A stretch of DNA of 58,743 nt, filler included, from Dimargaris cristalligena (taxonomy: Eukaryota): the NCBI GenBank assembly GCA_003614675.1. It is 6 parts of 6 records of this genome, joined end to end, with 100 filler letters (N's around TTAATTAATTAA, not from the genome) between each part and the next. Parts side by side here need not be neighbours in the genome. Positions count along the whole stretch, not along the records: positions 9,827 to 19,536 come from ML003242.1; positions 19,637 to 29,345 come from ML003243.1; 4 more parts are not named here. One strand, written 5' to 3'. The notes below the pieces were generated by a model. It was not told the DNA's origin. It ran no database searches and worked only from the letters and a program-made list of their open reading frames with translations. The position numbers were made by a program, and so were the translations under genes. Below, piece after piece: positions 14,993 to 25,051 of this stretch; positions within the stretch are counted from its first letter, which is position 1; every line of letters starts with the position of its first letter.

Positions 14993-16792
14993 ATGGTCAC
15001 CCCTTCTACTTCCGTCACTCAGACAACCCCGTTGCCACGACGGCAAATCACGGTGTTGCTGCTGTTCCGAATCAGTGAGCCCATCAGCTTCACCGTCCTC
15101 TTCCCCTTCGTGTACTTCATGGTTCGTGATTTCCACATCACTGACGACCCAAAAGAAATCGGCTTCTATGTCGGACTAGTTGCCTCGGCGTTCTCCATTG
15201 CCCAGCTTACCACGGGCATGCTGTGGGGTTTCCTGTCCGACCGCATTGGCCGTCGGCCCATTACGCTTCTCGGCGTCATGGGTACCATTGTGTGTTCGGT
15301 GTTGTTTGGCATGAGCCAGTCCCTAGCGTGGGCCGTAACGGTACGGGCGTTGTGGGGTGCTCTCAATGGTAACACCAGTACCGCCAAGACCATTATGGCG
15401 GAGATAACCGACGAGACGAACCAGGCTAGGGGGTTTAGTTTGTTGCCACTCTGTCGAAACCTAGGTAGTATTGTTGGACCTATGATAGGCGGTCTCCTGT
15501 CCAACCCTGTCGATAACTACCCCAGTATCTTTGGAGACAGCGTACTGTTCGCCAAGTACCCCTACTTGCTGCCCTGCTTGTTTTGTGCTGCCCTGAGTAC
15601 ATGTAGTTGGGTGTTAGGTTACTTTTATCTGGAAGAAACCCTCAACCGGGAAATGCCCAAAGTTCGGAATCTAGCGTCGGCATCTGGGACCACACTAGTG
15701 GATGAATGTGATTCGAATACTAGGGCCGACACTGCTAAACCCACCACCGGCAATTCTAAAGTATCAACCTTATCGCTGTCTTCGTCGGACTCCATTTCGG
15801 AATTGAACGAGAGGCATACCTTATTGGGGCACTCCTCAACTACCACCACGGGTTCTCGCTATAATACCATATCCACGTTGCCCCACCAAGTGCGCTCCGA
15901 TATTGGCCCAAAGGCTGTTATTAGCGCTGAAATTGACGATGTCGATTTCAGTGGGAGACCGCTGCTCGCCGCCTCCCAGTCAGCTAGTTTGGAAGGCCTT
16001 CCGGAACCTCATACCAAACCGCAACCAAGCGCCTGGGCGTCCGTTACAGCCGCTTTCAACCGCGACTCTCTTAAATGTATCACCGGTTATTTCGGGCTAG
16101 CCCTGTTAGGAATCATGTTTGATGAACTTTACCCCGTCTGGTCCGCCACCGACCCGGACCTCGGCGGCATTGGACTAACCACCAAGACTATTGGACTTAC
16201 CTTATCCATTGCCGGTGTGTCGGTATTATACGTTCAAATTGTGATGTACCCTAAAGTCCAGCGCTATTTGGGCAGCCTCCTCTGTTTCCGCTATGGCGCT
16301 CTCCTTTTCTCCATTTTGCTGTTCGCCTTCCCCTTCATTTCCCTTCTGGAGGCCGACCGTCGCACTGGTCATAGTGCGGATTTCCACAACTCAACGGAGG
16401 CCGAGCCCCAGCCCATTCGAACCGTCACCTGGATCGCGCTCATCGCCGCCCTATTCGCTAAAGTCTGTGGCGGAACCCTCTGCTTTACCAGTGCCAATAT
16501 CCTTATTAACAACTCGGTGCCGAATCGGGCAGCTCTGGGAACCGTTAATGGATTTACGCAGAGTGTAGGTTCGTTGGCCCGGGCCATTGGTCCGATGCTG
16601 GCCGGTATTCTCTGGAGCTGGTCCCTAACGAATGGGTACCCGTTCCCCTTGAATTCCCATTTTGTCTTTATAGTCGCCTCCCTTATTGCGTTCGCCACTT
16701 ACCTAGTCACCTTTACGTGGCACCCTCGCATCAACCACCGGATTTTTGCTGAAACCACCAAAGTAACTGCGGATGCAAGTAGCCCCCGCTGA
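14993..16792 (+). CDS. MFS transporter (YCR023C/ZIFL-like, 12-TM type) copy 2, intact, 599 aa
   Basis: Single exon with motifs PLPRRQ, GFLSDRIGRRP, AEITDETNQ, GPMIGGLL, KYPYLLP, LEETL and LGTVNG...SLARAIGP, plus a long central loop. Confidence 0.93.
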   Translation: MVTPSTSVTQTTPLPRRQITVLLLFRISEPISFTVLFPFVYFMVRDFHITDDPKEIGFYVGLVASAFSIAQLTTGMLWGFLSDRIGRRPITLLGVMGTIVCSVLFGMSQSLAWAVTVRALWGALNGNTSTAKTIMAEITDETNQARGFSLLPLCRNLGSIVGPMIGGLLSNPVDNYPSIFGDSVLFAKYPYLLPCLFCAALSTCSWVLGYFYLEETLNREMPKVRNLASASGTTLVDECDSNTRADTAKPTTGNSKVSTLSLSSSDSISELNERHTLLGHSSTTTTGSRYNTISTLPHQVRSDIGPKAVISAEIDDVDFSGRPLLAASQSASLEGLPEPHTKPQPSAWASVTAAFNRDSLKCITGYFGLALLGIMFDELYPVWSATDPDLGGIGLTTKTIGLTLSIAGVSVLYVQIVMYPKVQRYLGSLLCFRYGALLFSILLFAFPFISLLEADRRTGHSADFHNSTEAEPQPIRTVTWIALIAALFAKVCGGTLCFTSANILINNSVPNRAALGTVNGFTQSVGSLARAIGPMLAGILWSWSLTNGYPFPLNSHFVFIVASLIAFATYLVTFTWHPRINHRIFAETTKVTADASSPR

Positions 16793-19221
16793 TCGAATGT
16801 GTTTGGTATAACGGTAACCCCAACCCCCTCTTCTTCCCTCTTTCGTCTAGAATGTTGACCTACTCAATATGTCTATTATCCAAATATAAGTCGATTAACA
16901 CTATATGATTGATACAAATCATTTTTCCAGTATTAACTGATCTCACTTATACACTGCTTTTTTTTTAGGAACCACTTCTACGGACTCTTCCGGTTAATCG
17001 AGCATCTCTCGCTTGGCACTTACCCATCTGAAAGGTAACCATTTGTTGCTATCACTCTGCGTGGTCATCGTCTTTACCGACATATTTTTTATCAATAAAC
17101 ATTGTTATTTATTACTTGGTCGTATATAATTGCATTGTATAATATTTATCTTATCCAGCCGCATTCTATTGTCCTTGCTATATGGTTTACTGATAAATGA
17201 ATGCCATGCAGAGGATGTCAGAGAAATCCAATTACCCCAGCGATGATATAATTGTACAAGTTGTAGGGATTGTATATTGTATTTAAACGTAAGCAGTTCG
17301 GTCAATGTAATGTACAGGTTGAAATATTGTATAGACATTATAGCGGTAATGTTTTACACCATAGTGAATTGTCCATTTTCGCTTTGTCGCGCTGCCGGTT
17401 CTTTAACGAATATAGCGCCTAGATTTCCGTTCCTATAGACACCAAGCCAGATTCCATTACTCTACCAATACCAATTATATATTCAGCTTTTTGGGCACTT
17501 TAATTGGGTTCAGGGCGATACTAGACCAACGTATGGAACAGCCGAGCCACTGCTTTTCCAAAAACAACCACAGATTTGGGGTTTCCAAGAATATCCATTT
17601 ATATAGGCCCCTATTTAGATGTAAGGCCATTTCAGCTCGATTGCCATGGGAGAAGTCCGTACAGCAGGTGGTATCATGTTGGCTAATTACGAATACTTAT
17701 CCCATTATCCGACTGCCAATTTACTCAAACACATATACAGTCAGATTTAACCTTCTACGGCCCGTTGAACATTTTGCTGCATTAATCCTACGCTGAGACC
17801 ATGACGGGAGGCCGCTGTTACCGCCTGTGCATTGCATCCACCAGCAATAGGTACACGGGTACCAGGGCATCTTTAAGACCCGGACGGGAAAGATGGCTGC
17901 ACAGCTGCTAGTGTGAATCCCTTCTACAGATATACATCTTGAATGGGCCGGCCCCAATGGAAGGATTCTCAGTGGCTTTGGGACCCATGGACCAGTCGAC
18001 AGATCTGGTATATTGGTGGGCACCAGAAGATCCTCAATTCTTCGGAAAGGTTGTCTGGTTTGAGATAACCCTTCTAGTTTGGGATGCCAGCCAAATATGA
18101 TGAGCTGGGATGTGCATTGGGTAAACGGCGGAGAGAATAGACTTTAGAGGGTCACTGATGGGCCTAGGAAAAATAACTGACATACCAGTAGGAAATGAAA
18201 GTCCCCTGGTACGCCAGCAAGCCATTCTCATTTATATATTGTATAGACGCCCACCAGGCGGACAATTGTGCAGACGAGTGAGTAGGTGGGCGAGTGGTAG
18301 CGGTAGCTGCAGAGCTGACTAAACAATATAATGGGCCCTTATTAAATAATAACTCCAGTGTGCGCTAGAGTTCATCGATTAAAGATCCCTACCACTGCCG
18401 AATAAAGTCCCAGTACTGAGCTGGTCTGGGGACCGCCGTCCCAGCCCAAGAGCCACTGATCCAAAATAAATGGGATATGCTAGGTCTGGCTGTCCTAATG
18501 GGAAATCGTCGGCCACTCGGAGGATTGCTAGTGTCTAAGTACCAACTTCGCTTTTAATCCAGGCTGTAGAAACTACCCCAGAAACCCTATGTCAAAGTGA
18601 ACTAGCTGGTATGGCCCGTACATAATACGGTCAGAAGGGTTCAAGGTTGGTGGTTATCATGTGGTTGGTAAGATCCCATGTAAGCCTCAGGGTCGGAAAA
18701 TAAATCCATTGGATTTTCATTATTAGTATTTATTGGCTAATCACTTCGGGTTAATAGAAAGGGAGATTATACAGAGGCAGAGGGGCCCGGGTAAAATTTG
18801 GGCCGTTCCCTTCCTACTTTAGACACTTGTTCTCATCAACTACTTCTATCTAGTCGTTGTTAGTCATTAAATATTTATAGGAGCCCGTTCCCACCCACCT
18901 TATCCTACAACCTTGCTTTTTTTACATTTTCTCTCCGAAGAGGGCATATCTATTGGATATCTGATTGGTGTTGCGCAACTGGGCTCTCTCTCTATTATTT
19001 AATTTTACCACTGTGGATTCTATTCTGGCCCACATTATATATATCCTGAGTGCGAGTTAATAATCAGCGCTATCTATCTTCGTATATCTCCCTTATCAAT
19101 TATTACATTGCGGCTCTAGGGCGCGAATAGTAAAATCAGTAGTCTGCTTCGGTTTAGTCGTCAAATACCTCTGAGTTTTCCATCTCCCCAAATATCAGAT
19201 AATATCCCCCACTCACCCACC

Positions 19222-19536
19222 ATGGCCGCCGACGCACCCCCCGCAACCGCCCGCATAACCCCCCTGCCTTGGCGGCAAATAACGGTCCTGATGCTGTTCC
19301 GAATCAGCGAGCCCATCAGCTTCACCGTCCTCTTTCCCTTCGTGTACTTCATGGTGCGCGACTTTCACATTACCGATGACCCGAAGGAAATCAGCTTCTA
19401 TGTCGGAATCGTCGTCTCGGTGTTCTCCATTGCCCAACTTACCACGGGCATGCTGTGGGGCTTCCTCTCCGACCGCCTCGGCCGTCGACCTATTCTACTC
19501 ATTGGGGTCCTTGGTACCATTGTGTGCTCCATTCTG
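19222..19536 (+). CDS. MFS transporter copy 3, 5' part only (contig end)
   Basis: Nearly identical to the copy 2 N-terminus (LFRISEPISFTVLFPFVYFMVRDFHITDDPKEI); runs into the gap. Confidence 0.9.
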
Positions 19537-19636
19537 NNNNNNNNNNNNNNNNNNNNNNNNNNNNNNNNNNNNNNNNNNNNTTAATTAATTAANNNNNNNN
19601 NNNNNNNNNNNNNNNNNNNNNNNNNNNNNNNNNNNN
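19537..19636. other. Artificial contig spacer
   Basis: N44-TTAATTAATTAA-N44. Confidence 0.98.
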
Positions 19637-19824
19637 TGGTTGAAAATAAACATCCCACCGATTTTCCCATACACATATCGGTTAAAACCTTATACAACCA
19701 AGCTGAACTTCACCCATGTTATTTGAACCAGGCCAGTTCCAAATGGGTGAAATTCAGCCCAGCTATATAAGGGTTTACATTATATGTGTATGGGAGAATA
19801 TATGGGAAATTTATTTTTAACTAG
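19637..19824. mobile_element. Palindromic MITE-like element, about 190 bp
   Basis: The left arm ttgaaaataaacatccca...cccatacacatat...ccttataca...gctgaacttcacccat is an imperfect reverse complement of the right arm atgggtgaaattcagc...tatataagg...atatgtgtatggg...tttatttttaa. Related half copies are at 41559-41647 and 49054-49105. Confidence 0.7.
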
Positions 19825-20359
19825 TAATATTGGCCGAATCTAATGGATTTTTCGTTATACAGCTTGGATGAACTTCTCCCAAATCATTTAGTGCGTCAAA
19901 TCCCACTGGCGGGAGTTGTCACGCTCTTTTCCCTTTGAATCATCGCCCTGACGCCTTTGTGACACTCTGGTGATTTCTTCTTTTCCGAAGCAGTTTCCCT
20001 ACCCAACTTTCCTCCTTCACGCCCAGTCTCACCTAAAAAAACAAAGAAGAGTGAGGTATTACCAACCCTCTTCACCTGTTTATAAAACCTAAAAGGCGGG
20101 TCGCCCTGACTAACTAGTTCACTAGTCGCCGACCTATTTTAAGTTACAGTTAATGCCCGTCAATTAGATTTAGGACCCCACCTCTTACTTTTAATTTTTC
20201 GTTCAATATATTGCTACAGCTCTATAGCTTGTGTCAATTATCCAAATCCTTACAATATATCGCACTCCGCATATCATCCAACTTGGAACCTCTCTCTAAC
20301 CACCGGTGTGTATGTACAGGTGCCCCCGCTAACTCGGATTCGTCAGATCAGGTCTCGTT

Positions 20360-20656
20360 ATGTTTCGAACCTCAATTCGTTTATGGTTGGCCGTCCTTAT
20401 GGTGACCTGTATTCTGGTCCGTGGGGCCTTGGCCGGACCCATCCCCATGATGCGAAGTACGTACCAAGGTGGCTACGTTCCTGTTAATCTGCCCCCCGTC
20501 ACCAAACCCCTCCCAGTCGCACCCACCGAGCGGAGTTCCACTCACCGCTCGTACCTACAAACCTTGGCACCCACTGGCGCATTGTTTCAAAACATGGTGT
20601 TCCTTTCCTGGCAACCTTTAGGGGGAAAGAGTCGCTTCTCTCTGCGTGATGATTGA
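20360..20656 (+). CDS. Small secreted protein, paralog A (98 aa)
   Basis: Signal peptide MFRTSIRLWLAVLMVTCILVRGALA followed by RSTYQGGYVPVNLPPVTKPLP, a motif shared with the 22465 ORF. Confidence 0.65.
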   Translation: MFRTSIRLWLAVLMVTCILVRGALAGPIPMMRSTYQGGYVPVNLPPVTKPLPVAPTERSSTHRSYLQTLAPTGALFQNMVFLSWQPLGGKSRFSLRDD

Positions 20657-22464
20657 GGTGAATCTAAAGAATCCCGACTGAACGTGCCCCGCTTTACACT
20701 TCGAGTTGGGCGGTGCTGATTTACTTGGCCAAGGACTGTAAAGTATTTACGGCCGCGTATTCATTTCAACACATCTGTTATTCTACACGAGACTCACAGC
20801 GTATTTCTTTTATTTCCAGAAGCAATACCAATAGCAATAAATAATACCAGCTCTACTAATACATGCTCGCTGATGTGCCGCGGGGTATACCATTCATGGG
20901 CGTGGTAGTGGGGCTCGGCACATTATAGTATTCGTATTATTATTTAGTAGTAAACACCACCACCAAGCCATATAGCCTCGGAATAAACCATGGGCATGCG
21001 TGCTTTTTTAAATCGATTCAGTTTCCTAAAAGACACCAGGGGGTAGTTAATTAGCATCTGGGTGACTTCAACGACATACCATATCGGGACTAGCCTAAAT
21101 AGGCCAGGTGCCTAGAATTGGTAGTAGGGACCTCCTATAGAGTACTTCTGCAGTAGGTGGGATGATTGCAGGCTATACTAAACCCCATCTCACTAGAGAA
21201 GCGCCCCCTACTTAGGGAAGGGCCAATGGGACATGTACGCTGGACCACCTGATTTTAGAAATCCCAAGAAAAAAACAGCAACACCTGCCTGCATCAACAT
21301 CAATACTACTCTAAATGGAACCTATCCAGGCAGTGTATGCTGTGGGGTGCATCCTATACGAGTGAGTTATGGGGAAGTGAGCCAGGCTTTGTGGCCAGCC
21401 CCTCAACCCGATCAATTTTATTCCCATAGTCCGTTACACGACCCAACATTAGTGAAACTGTTCCACCTTTTCTACATTCGCGCCACCACCAACCCCATGC
21501 CATGAAACGGCTGGGGAGAAAAAGCCTTGTTTTAGTGCCTTAAAGCGGCTATTAGGTATTGGGAAGGGAAGGGGGGGATGGGGAAAGCCCCCGCTAATAA
21601 TGGTCCAGGGAGATTAATCATCCACCCCATAGATTACATTTAATGCCAATTGACTCTACGGCTCGAGCACAGCCTTCCGTAACATCGAGTCCAACCTATA
21701 AATGAGCACCCCATTGGTTTTTTCATGATGTGGCCCCATTAAGTAATTATTAGTCTACAGCCCCAGATACTCGGATATAGGAGCCCATGCATCGGCGCTT
21801 TTAGGCGTATTTTAATACCTCTAAGCCAAACCTTAAATCCTCTCAGGGAGCTCTGCCTTATGAAAATTGATTGCATGTTTTTACCGCCGTGTATAGTGGC
21901 GTTGGTCTATAGCAGCCCAAGTGGTGGGGCCACCGGACGTACTGCTTGACTGCAGGTGCCACAGAATAGGTCATTCAAACGAACCATATCCTGCTTACCT
22001 CCCCCCCCCTGTCTTTTGCGATACAGCCGTTAAACAATCTTCGTCGTGTGTTTGTGAATGGGAAAATACTGCAACGAGACGGCGGATAAGTTACATGTGG
22101 ATATTAGTTGGGTAGTTGATCAATGGGGCACGCTTAAGCGCCTAATTGTGCCCTTTTCCATTACACTTGGGCGAGGGGAAATGCGAATGACCAATATTAG
22201 CGTAAACTACATGGTGGGTCACATTGGCACTCCCCTGTTGTTGTTTGGGTAAGTCTAAACAGGAGAGATAGTAGGCGTTTTATTCCTACAATCGCCCTTT
22301 GAAAACCAAGCTCTTTAGGGCCGTGGTACCAGTCGTCCTCTTTTGCAAAGTATATAATGGGCCCACCAGGGCATTCTGGCTCTCTGCTGCTAAGGCACTA
22401 AACCATGCCCACTCTCTTCATTAACCCCACCACAACCTCCCGCCCCATATCTTGGATTTACATT

Positions 22465-22869
22465 ATGTTCTTGTTTCAAAGTCTCGCTTACTACGCCCTT
22501 TTGGGGTGGGTGATTGCCCTACTACCATGGGTCCAGTCGTCCGATAAATTCTACATTGACCCCGCCCGGGCCTCTTACAGCGGGGGTTTTCAGCCAGTGA
22601 CGTTTTATCCGGTTCAGAAGGCCCTTCCCTCGCTCCCCAAGCCTCGCACCAGGTGGATTCGCATAACCCACCTCGTCAAGGCCGGTTTAAGGCCCCTGTC
22701 CCCGACCCCCAATCCCAGCAAGACCAGTTTAGTGGAACCGCCACCACCCTCGCGTCTCCATAGCCCCCGCACACCATTTGCCTCGATATCCCAATCAACA
22801 TCACCCTTTGGAAACCCTTATCAGCGCGCGCGCCCTAGCCGAGTCCCGCCCGTGCCCAATAGGCCTTAA
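22465..22869 (+). CDS. Small secreted Pro/Arg-rich protein, paralog B (134 aa from the second ATG; alternative start 22405)
   Basis: Signal peptide MFLFQSLAYYALLGWVIALLPWVQS followed by RASYSGGFQPVTFYPVQKALP. TATATAA lies at 22351. Confidence 0.65.
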   Translation: MFLFQSLAYYALLGWVIALLPWVQSSDKFYIDPARASYSGGFQPVTFYPVQKALPSLPKPRTRWIRITHLVKAGLRPLSPTPNPSKTSLVEPPPPSRLHSPRTPFASISQSTSPFGNPYQRARPSRVPPVPNRP

Positions 22870-23264
22870 CTGACCATGGTTCAGTTGGAGGCAGCTCGTT
22901 GCTATGTATAATTTGTAGGGTCTCATGAGGGAGTAGGATCAGCATCACTACACCTCCTTGTAGTTCTTAATAAATCAGCCCCCCAGCTCACTGGAGGAAA
23001 CTATGAAAGGGGTCGTGAGAATGATGGATGAGCGTAGGGCAATACCCACCAATCAATCATACTGAATATATACTGCTGTGGTTAGTATGGGAGTGGAAGG
23101 AAACCCGTGACCGCCATTAGAGCAGTCACCAACTTCCCTTGATGATATAATATAATTCCACGTATCCCCCTCGCCTGGTATTCTTCCACCTTGTTCTCTC
23201 TTTAGCTTACCCAGCCTCGGTACCTTTTCCTTCTCTACTACTCCCTTCGCCCTGCCCTGTGACT

Positions 23265-24554
23265 ATGCTCCAGTCCTTTGTCCCCGTCTCGCCCGACTCC
23301 CATTTCCCCCTCCAAAACCTCCCCTTTGGTATCTTCTCCACCGACTCCAACCCCCAACCCCGCGTCGGCGTGGCCATCGGCGACCAGATCCTCGACCTCC
23401 TCGTCATTGCCCAAGCCGGCCTTCTTGACTCCCATGTATCCGCACTAACCCACCCCGCCGACGTGTTCGGCCAGTCCACCCTCAATGCCTTCATGGCCCT
23501 GGGTCGGCCCGTCTGGCGGGCCACCCGTACTCGTCTGCAGACCCTGCTTTCCAACGTCTCCAACGAACTGCAGGGCCGCCCGGCCGCTTTTCTGGCCAAG
23601 GCCCTCGTGCCCCAACGCACCGCCCGAATGCACCTCCCGGCCCGTATCGGGGATTATACCGACTTTTACGCCTCCCGCGAACACGCCACCAACGTCGGCA
23701 TCATGTTCCGCGGTAAGGATAATGCCCTGATGCCCAACTGGCTCCACCTGCCCGTGGGCTACCACGGCCGTGCTTCGAGTATCGTGGTGTCGGGAACCCC
23801 CCTGACCCGTCCGAACGGCCAGCGCGCGGCCGCCACGAAAGGCGAGCCCCCCGTCTTTGGCCCTTCGACCCGGTTGGACTTTGAGCTCGAAATGGCCTTT
23901 CTGGTGGGGACCCCCAACCGCCTGGGCCAGCCCGTGCCCATTGATCAGGCCGAGGATCACATCTTCGGCGTGGTGCTCATGAACGATTGGAGTGCTCGCG
24001 ATATCCAGAGCTGGGAATACGTGCCTCTGGGCCCCTTTTTGGGCAAGAGCTTCGGGACCACCATCTCCCCCTGGGTCGTTACTCTGGATGCCCTCGCTCC
24101 CTTCCGGGCGCCGCTGCCCGCCCAGGACGAGCCGCGCCCTTTGCCCTATCTGCGCGGGACCCACGACGGCAACTACGACGTGCAATTGAACGTCAGCATG
24201 AAGGCCGCCGACCAAGCGGACTACCACTCCATCTGCCACTCCAATCTGAAGTACCTGTACTGGAGCTTCGCCCAACAATTGGCTCACCACACCGTCAATG
24301 GCTGCAACCTGAACCCCGGTGATTTATGCGGTACGGGTACCATCAGTGGCCCCACCGAGGACAGCTACGGTTCCTTGCTCGAACTCAGTTGGGCCGGCCA
24401 GAAGGAAGTGGCCCTGGGTCCCGATACCAAACGCAAGTTTATCCAGGACGGCGATTCCGTGCTTATGACCGGGTACTGCCAGGCCGACGGTTACCGCGTT
24501 GGTTTCGGCGACTGTGAGGGTACCATCAAACCCGCCCTGGATCTGAAGCTTTAA
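23265..24554 (+). CDS. FAH: Fumarylacetoacetase (tyrosine catabolism)
   Basis: Full-length single exon with [61 protein letters not shown] and GTGTISG. Confidence 0.97.
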   Translation: MLQSFVPVSPDSHFPLQNLPFGIFSTDSNPQPRVGVAIGDQILDLLVIAQAGLLDSHVSALTHPADVFGQSTLNAFMALGRPVWRATRTRLQTLLSNVSNELQGRPAAFLAKALVPQRTARMHLPARIGDYTDFYASREHATNVGIMFRGKDNALMPNWLHLPVGYHGRASSIVVSGTPLTRPNGQRAAATKGEPPVFGPSTRLDFELEMAFLVGTPNRLGQPVPIDQAEDHIFGVVLMNDWSARDIQSWEYVPLGPFLGKSFGTTISPWVVTLDALAPFRAPLPAQDEPRPLPYLRGTHDGNYDVQLNVSMKAADQADYHSICHSNLKYLYWSFAQQLAHHTVNGCNLNPGDLCGTGTISGPTEDSYGSLLELSWAGQKEVALGPDTKRKFIQDGDSVLMTGYCQADGYRVGFGDCEGTIKPALDLKL

Positions 24555-25051
24555 GCTAGAATCGGGCTGTTGCTTAAGCAGCCGTTTAGGTCCTTAATCT
24601 ACCCCCCTTTTTCCTCATTGCCCACTATACCTCGCTTTTCTTCGCGTTTTGCCATTCCCCTTTATTCCTACCGCGGACATTACATTAGTCTACTTCAAGA
24701 AACTCCACTGTCCTCTCCTTTGGGCGGGTAACGGGCTCGTTGGATAGTGGGTGGGATTCTTGTCGCGTAAGGCCAATCTAAATAAAAATGCGATATAGTA
24801 TATCTCAGTATGTGTGAGTCGGGTTCTATTTCACACTGTCAATTTACACTTTAAAAAGTCAGACAGGAGGGGAGAGTATAGTATATACGGGTCAAGTAAA
24901 TTGATCTATTATTAACGGGCCTCACTTGGCCTGTAGGTTTTCACACTCTCTGTCGTTTTTCTACTGGGTCATGGATAACTGATACGCCAATTTCTTATCT
25001 TTTTTTTTTTGACTCGACCCTTCGTGCGATTTGCATTTCAACGGATTCGCC

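Noticed and set aside
17790..18240. Possible degenerate coding or transposon fragment between MFS copies 2 and 3
   Set aside because: The frames I translated contain stops and no recognisable motif.
23445..24290. 281-aa antisense ORF over FAH
   Set aside because: Shadow ORF caused by GC3-rich codon usage, with no recognisable motifs.
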